From assembly GCA_030698385.1 (NCBI GenBank), contig JAUYLZ010000022.1, forward strand, positions 1,301-65,300: DNA of 64,000 bases, in the 5' to 3' direction. This document shows, piece by piece, positions 60,035-64,000 of the stretch (its first letter is position 1; every line of letters starts with the position of its first letter). Under the pieces are notes generated by a model that saw only the letters and a list, made by a program, of their open reading frames with translations, was not told where the DNA came from and ran no database searches. Both the position numbers and the translations under genes were made by a program. The DNA is from a bacterium. GTDB taxonomy: Bacteria; Patescibacteriota; Patescibacteriia; Patescibacteriales; XYC2-FULL-47-12.

Positions 60035-60730
60035 TTATTTAATATTAGTAACCGCATAACACTTCTCCACCTCTCGAAAAATCTTAACCGGACACTCGTG
60101 CCAATCAGTATTTTCATCGTTAAACTTTTTATAAGCATCTATTTTCCCCTCGCCAATAAAAAATACTAGAACTACTTTTGTTTGCTTTATTAAGGCAGGT
60201 GAGGCGCTTATTCGCTCACTAGGCGGTTTTGGTGAATTTTTCTCTAAGACAAAATTTTCAATACTGTCTAGTGTCTGATGATTGGGAAAAAGCGATGCCG
60301 TGTGCCCGTCCTCGCCGACTCCTGCTACTACTATATCATATTTTCCGCCAAATTGCTTGAGTTCGGCTTCATAAACTTTTAAACCAAAATCTGCGGTCTT
60401 AGCGTCGTAAATAAACGGATGCACGTTTTCAGCTGGTAAATTTTTTTCCTGAATCAAAAAATCAAAAAACTGCTCTTTAGCGGCCTTATAATTACTGTCA
60501 TCATCTTCTAAAGAAACCAGCCGTTCGTCCAGCATAAAAAAATGAATTTTTTGCCACGCAATATCTTCTTGTTTTAAAACGGCAAAAAACTCCCGCACGC
60601 TGCGCCCGCCGGGCAGAGCCACTACGACATAATCTTGCCGCGTCAGCAGTTCATTCACATGGCGCGTAAATGCACCCGCCGCCACATGGGCGAGTTTGAT
60701 TGTGTTGGAGTTACATAAAACTGTTAGCAT
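60035..60730 (-). CDS. pgl: 6-phosphogluconolactonase
   Basis: VALPGGRS, MLDERLV and GVGEDGHTASLFP motifs. Confidence 0.8.
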   Translation of the reverse strand: MLTVLCNSNTIKLAHVAAGAFTRHVNELLTRQDYVVVALPGGRSVREFFAVLKQEDIAWQKIHFFMLDERLVSLEDDDSNYKAAKEQFFDFLIQEKNLPAENVHPFIYDAKTADFGLKVYEAELKQFGGKYDIVVAGVGEDGHTASLFPNHQTLDSIENFVLEKNSPKPPSERISASPALIKQTKVVLVFFIGEGKIDAYKKFNDENTDWHECPVKIFREVEKCYAVTNIK

Positions 60731-60754
60731 AAAAATTTATTCTACAAAAATATA

Positions 60755-61306
60755 TCAAATCACCTTTACTTTTTTTGATATTAATAATAATTTTCTCGCC
60801 TTTCTAACAACCTTATTAACAAAATCTTTTTTCTTATCAGTATATATCCTGCGTTCATTGCTATGCTTGCGCGCTAACTCCTGCTTTAACGCAATATAGC
60901 GCTGACGTTCATTGTCGTGCACTAAAAGATAGTCACGAAATAAAATCATATCCCCAACGTAGTGTGTATTCACCTCTCCTACGTGTAGGTAATGTGTGCG
61001 TTTTTGTATAGAGCCTTTGGGGAAAAAAAATCTGTCGACACGATCATCGTCCGCCTTATGTTTGTAACCAATCTTCGCGAGCGCGGGAATGTATTTTTTA
61101 AATAATTGAAACGACGGCACAATAACCGCAATATCAATAATCGGCTTAGCTACCATTCCCGGAATGGCAGTACTGCCCACATGCTCAATTTTGATTGCGT
61201 TGTGGCCAAGTACTTTTTTTAGCTTGTTCCGCTCCGCGTTAAAACTGCGCTTCCAGCCATGGCTGAATGGCACCAATTTGACTGTTCCTCGCATAGTACC
61301 AATCAT
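60755..61306 (-). CDS. GrpB-family protein
   Basis: IEHVGSTAIPGMVAKPIIDIAV and RDYLLVHDNERQRY patterns. The start was chosen at MIGTMRG; the ORF is open to 61393. Confidence 0.7.
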   Translation of the reverse strand: MIGTMRGTVKLVPFSHGWKRSFNAERNKLKKVLGHNAIKIEHVGSTAIPGMVAKPIIDIAVIVPSFQLFKKYIPALAKIGYKHKADDDRVDRFFFPKGSIQKRTHYLHVGEVNTHYVGDMILFRDYLLVHDNERQRYIALKQELARKHSNERRIYTDKKKDFVNKVVRKARKLLLISKKVKVI

Positions 61307-61466
61307 AGCGTTTCTGCTACATAAATAAAAGTCCCCAGCACAATGCCAATCAGCATTTAAAAAAATAATGTCTAAACTTAACCCGCAATTCAAACCATTG
61401 AAAGGAAATAGCGGTATTAAACGTAATATAAGTGTAGCACTTAAACCGTTTTTTGCCAGTTGGTTG

Positions 61467-61700
61467 TTACAGTTTCAGCAATTCTTTGAGTTTAGCTTGG
61501 TCAAATCCGACCACAATGTTGCCATCAATATCAATTACCGGTACGCCCATTTGGCCGGACTTGGAAATCATATCTTGCTGTGCTATCTGATCAACCGTAA
61601 CGTCTTTTTCGGTGTATGCAATGTTATTTTGTTTAAAGTACCCCTTGGCCGCGTTGCAATACGTGCACGTTGGAGTTGTATAAATGATTACCTGTGACAT
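61467..61700 (-). CDS. Glutaredoxin-like protein (NrdH/YruB type)
   Basis: 77 aa, VIIYTTPTCTYCNAAK CxxC motif, GVPVIDIDG. Confidence 0.8.
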   Translation of the reverse strand: MSQVIIYTTPTCTYCNAAKGYFKQNNIAYTEKDVTVDQIAQQDMISKSGQMGVPVIDIDGNIVVGFDQAKLKELLKL

Positions 61701-61713
61701 ATATTTTCTTTTA

Positions 61714-62010
61714 TTAAATTAAACCTAAAATACATTTTACAAATTCGTCGTTTTGCCTGACTTGATAGCACATCATCTGTCCGTTGCGTTCATGATTGAC
61801 CAACTTGCGCATCTCAAGAATGCGCAACTGCTGTGAAACCGCCGAGACGCTGATTTTTAAAATTTCGGCAAGTTCACTGACGCAAATTTTTTTATCCTGC
61901 ATTAACAGTTTAAAAATTCGATAACGGCTTTCATCTCCCAGCGCGTCAAACATTCTGATTAATTGCTCATCTTTTTCGGTCAAATTTTCTTTTAATTTTT
62001 TTAAATCCAT
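61714..62010 (-). CDS. ArsR/SmtB-family transcriptional regulator
   Basis: FDALGDESRYRIFKLL...CVSELAEILKISVSAVSQQLRIL winged-helix pattern. Confidence 0.8.
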   Translation of the reverse strand: MDLKKLKENLTEKDEQLIRMFDALGDESRYRIFKLLMQDKKICVSELAEILKISVSAVSQQLRILEMRKLVNHERNGQMMCYQVRQNDEFVKCILGLI

Positions 62011-62210
62011 ATTTTTATATAATTTAAGTGTTTAAGCAATTACTTAATATTATAAACTAAAAATTATTACTGTCAAGAACGCTTGTATTATTATTTTTAC
62101 CGTGTTAATATACAGTATTGATACAAGTTGTGGATAATTATTTTGACCAAAAGGTTTTAATAATATAATCTATATATACTTTAGACATTTTTATTTACTT
62201 ATGTTTTTCT

Positions 62211-62930
62211 ATGAATGAAGAAAAATCATCAAAAGTACCATTTTTGCTCGGTTTAACTTCTGGCATTGCCATAGTTTCCTTAATCGGCTTTTTTGTAATG
62301 CTGGGTCTTTTTCTAAGCAAAGATGTAAAAATTGCCGGTAATGACACGGATATTGCCGGAGAAAAAGTTGCTAACGCTGAAGATAATCAGCCGAGCAATC
62401 CAGAGGAACCGCAAAAAACTTCATTTAACATCAGCAGTAGTGATCACATTCGCGGCAACGTGGATGCTAAAGTCACTATTGTGGAATTCTCCGACTTTCA
62501 GTGTCCTTTCTGCAGCCGTTTTCACGAAACTATGAAGCAGGTTATGACTGAGTACAGCGATGACGTTCGTTGGGTGTACAAGCATTTTCCATTGGACTCT
62601 CTGCATCCGGAAGCGCGCCCGTCAGCCATGGCCAGCGAGTGCGCGGCCGAACAGGGCAAATTTTGGGAATACGGCGACAAGCTGATTGAAAATCAAGCAT
62701 CACTCAGTACGGATACATATAAATCCATCGCGGTTGAACTAGGTCTCAACACTTCACAATTTAACACCTGTCTGGACACGCAAAAATACGCTGACAAAGT
62801 GGAGCAGGACTATCAGGAAGGTTTAGCCAAGGGCGTGCGCGGCACTCCGGGTAATTTCGTTAATGGATCTTCCCTGCCGGGCGCGGTCCCATTTGCGCAG
62901 GTAAAAGCGCTGATTGATCAGAACTTATAG
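62211..62930 (+). CDS. DsbA-family thiol:disulfide oxidoreductase, membrane anchored
   Basis: N-terminal TM helix, FSDFQCPFCSRFH active site, GTPGNFVNG. Confidence 0.8.
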   Translation: MNEEKSSKVPFLLGLTSGIAIVSLIGFFVMLGLFLSKDVKIAGNDTDIAGEKVANAEDNQPSNPEEPQKTSFNISSSDHIRGNVDAKVTIVEFSDFQCPFCSRFHETMKQVMTEYSDDVRWVYKHFPLDSLHPEARPSAMASECAAEQGKFWEYGDKLIENQASLSTDTYKSIAVELGLNTSQFNTCLDTQKYADKVEQDYQEGLAKGVRGTPGNFVNGSSLPGAVPFAQVKALIDQNL

Positions 62931-62995
62931 AATATTAAATTTATACAAACGAAAAGAGAGACTTAATTGTCTCTCTTTTTTTTACTAAAACTGTT

Positions 62996-63586
62996 CTAAA
63001 TCTTCCCCACCAAATCCAATCCCGGACGCAGTGTCCGGTCCCCCGGTTTCCATTTGGCCGGACAAACTAAGCCGTTATTTTCTCGCACAAATTTTGCCGC
63101 GCGTAACTTTCTCAGCAGTTCCTCCGCGCTACGGCCGATATCATTATGATTTACTTCTACTGATTTTATCAATCCTTCCGGATCAATGATAAAACTCCCC
63201 CTTAGTGCCTTACCCTCGTTCGGCAGGTACACTCCCAAACTCTGACAAAGTTTGCCGGTCGGATCAGCCAGCATCGGGAATTTAATCTTAGCAATAGTCG
63301 GCGAGTGGTCATACCAGGCCTTGTGCACATAGACTGAATCAACGCTCACGCTTAGCGCTTCAGCGCCTTCCGCGCGAAATTGCTCATAGAGTTCGGCCAT
63401 TTCTTCGAGCTCAGTCGGACAAATAAAGGTAAAATCCCCCGGATAGAAAAAAAGAATCAGCCATTTGTGGCGATAATCGCTTAAACTAATTTTTTTGATC
63501 TGGTTCTCATGAAATGCCTCCAGCGTAATATCCGGCACCAATGTGTCTATCAAAGAGGTATTTGAAATCTGTGAAATATTTTCCAT
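62996..63586 (-). CDS. 2-Cys peroxiredoxin (AhpC/TSA family)
   Basis: FFYPGDFTFICPTE active site and a C-terminal VCPAKW resolving Cys. The start was chosen at MENISQ so that it does not overlap metG. Confidence 0.9.
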   Translation of the reverse strand: MENISQISNTSLIDTLVPDITLEAFHENQIKKISLSDYRHKWLILFFYPGDFTFICPTELEEMAELYEQFRAEGAEALSVSVDSVYVHKAWYDHSPTIAKIKFPMLADPTGKLCQSLGVYLPNEGKALRGSFIIDPEGLIKSVEVNHNDIGRSAEELLRKLRAAKFVRENNGLVCPAKWKPGDRTLRPGLDLVGKI

Positions 63587-63605
63587 ATCTGTATAAATAA
63601 TAAAT

Positions 63606-64000
63606 TTAAATCCGTGGAAATAACAATTCTCCTTTCTTAATATTTTTTTCAGAAAATTGCTTGATGATTTTTGCCGCGGTTTCCGGAATGTATACCTGCA
63701 AAAGTTCGGCAACGTTAAGAATATCTTGCGCGATTGGCTCAAGCACGGCTTTTTTTTCATTTAAATCTTTAATCTCCCACGGTTTTTTCGCGCTGATTAT
63801 TTCATCTGCTTTTCGTAATTTGTCCCAAAGTAATTTAAGACCTTCATCAATTTTGAATTCTTTTAAAACATTATCAAAATGCTTCTTTAATTCTTCATCA
63901 CTGCCGATTTTTATATTTACTTCAATATTATCTTTTTCCAGCAGATTGGAGACGCGCGCGACTAAGTTGCCCAGACCATTGGCCAAGTCCGCGTTGTATT
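63606..64000 (-). CDS. metG: Methionine-tRNA ligase, C-terminal part (5' end beyond the window)
   Basis: The frame is open to the window edge (YNADLANGLGNLVARVSN). The anticodon-binding domain pattern KKPWEI...LQVYIPETAAKI is present. Confidence 0.7.
   Translation of the reverse strand, partial: YNADLANGLGNLVARVSNLLEKDNIEVNIKIGSDEELKKHFDNVLKEFKIDEGLKLLWDKLRKADEIISAKKPWEIKDLNEKKAVLEPIAQDILNVAELLQVYIPETAAKIIKQFSEKNIKKGELLFPRI

Noticed and set aside
63587-63760. 58-codon N-terminal extension of the peroxiredoxin ORF.
   Set aside because: The extension is basic and low-complexity and overlaps the conserved C-terminus of metG on the same strand. The peroxiredoxin homology begins after MENISQ at 63586.

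Overview
The window is a bacterial segment that reads cleanly with the standard code; TGA is used as a stop, for example at gatB. From about 6.3 kb to 62 kb almost every gene is on the minus strand.

The gene families suggest a small-genome Patescibacteria/CPR-like organism. These include a T4SS-pilin-like membrane protein, a four-helix-bundle protein, a LOG nucleosidase, many N-terminally anchored orphan proteins and AT-rich repeat-bearing spacers. This is inference only, because no database search was possible.

**Core content**
- A dTTP-synthesis module: a long ThyX, a P-loop kinase and a Tmk-Dut fusion.
- gatB, miaA, dnaE and pheST.
- A UvrD-type helicase fused to a Cas4-like nuclease.
- A complete F1Fo ATP synthase operon (atpZ-B-E-F-H-A-G-D-C), followed by a cation/proton antiporter.
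- tatD, tsaC and cvpA.
- Class Ia ribonucleotide reductase (nrdAB).
- A same-strand pentose-phosphate supercluster: pgl, rpiB, rpe, zwf, gnd, tkt and tal.
- A redox cluster: ArsR, a glutaredoxin-like protein, DsbA and a peroxiredoxin.
- A partial metG at the right edge.

**Accessory and unusual content**
- A NfeD/YqiJ-flotillin operon is translationally coupled to a minimal beta-carbonic-anhydrase-like protein. A second paralog lies convergent to it, behind the antiporter.
- An orphan 282-aa gene is driven by a consensus promoter and a roughly 160-nt structured leader.
- A hicBA cassette and a truncated Bro-N gene sit inside the atp operon. A full-length Bro-N paralog sits inside the pentose-phosphate cluster.
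- There are two paralogous RelE/RHH toxin-antitoxin loci, one of them decayed.
- All three members of a tRNA cluster depart from canonical structure.
- A roughly 6-kb insertion zone lies between tal and tkt. It carries a repeated 50-nt junction element, a duplicated LOG gene and an IS110-type transposase stub.
- Several families of intra-operon spacer repeats are present.

All hairpin, promoter and repeat coordinates were derived by eye and should be treated as approximate.
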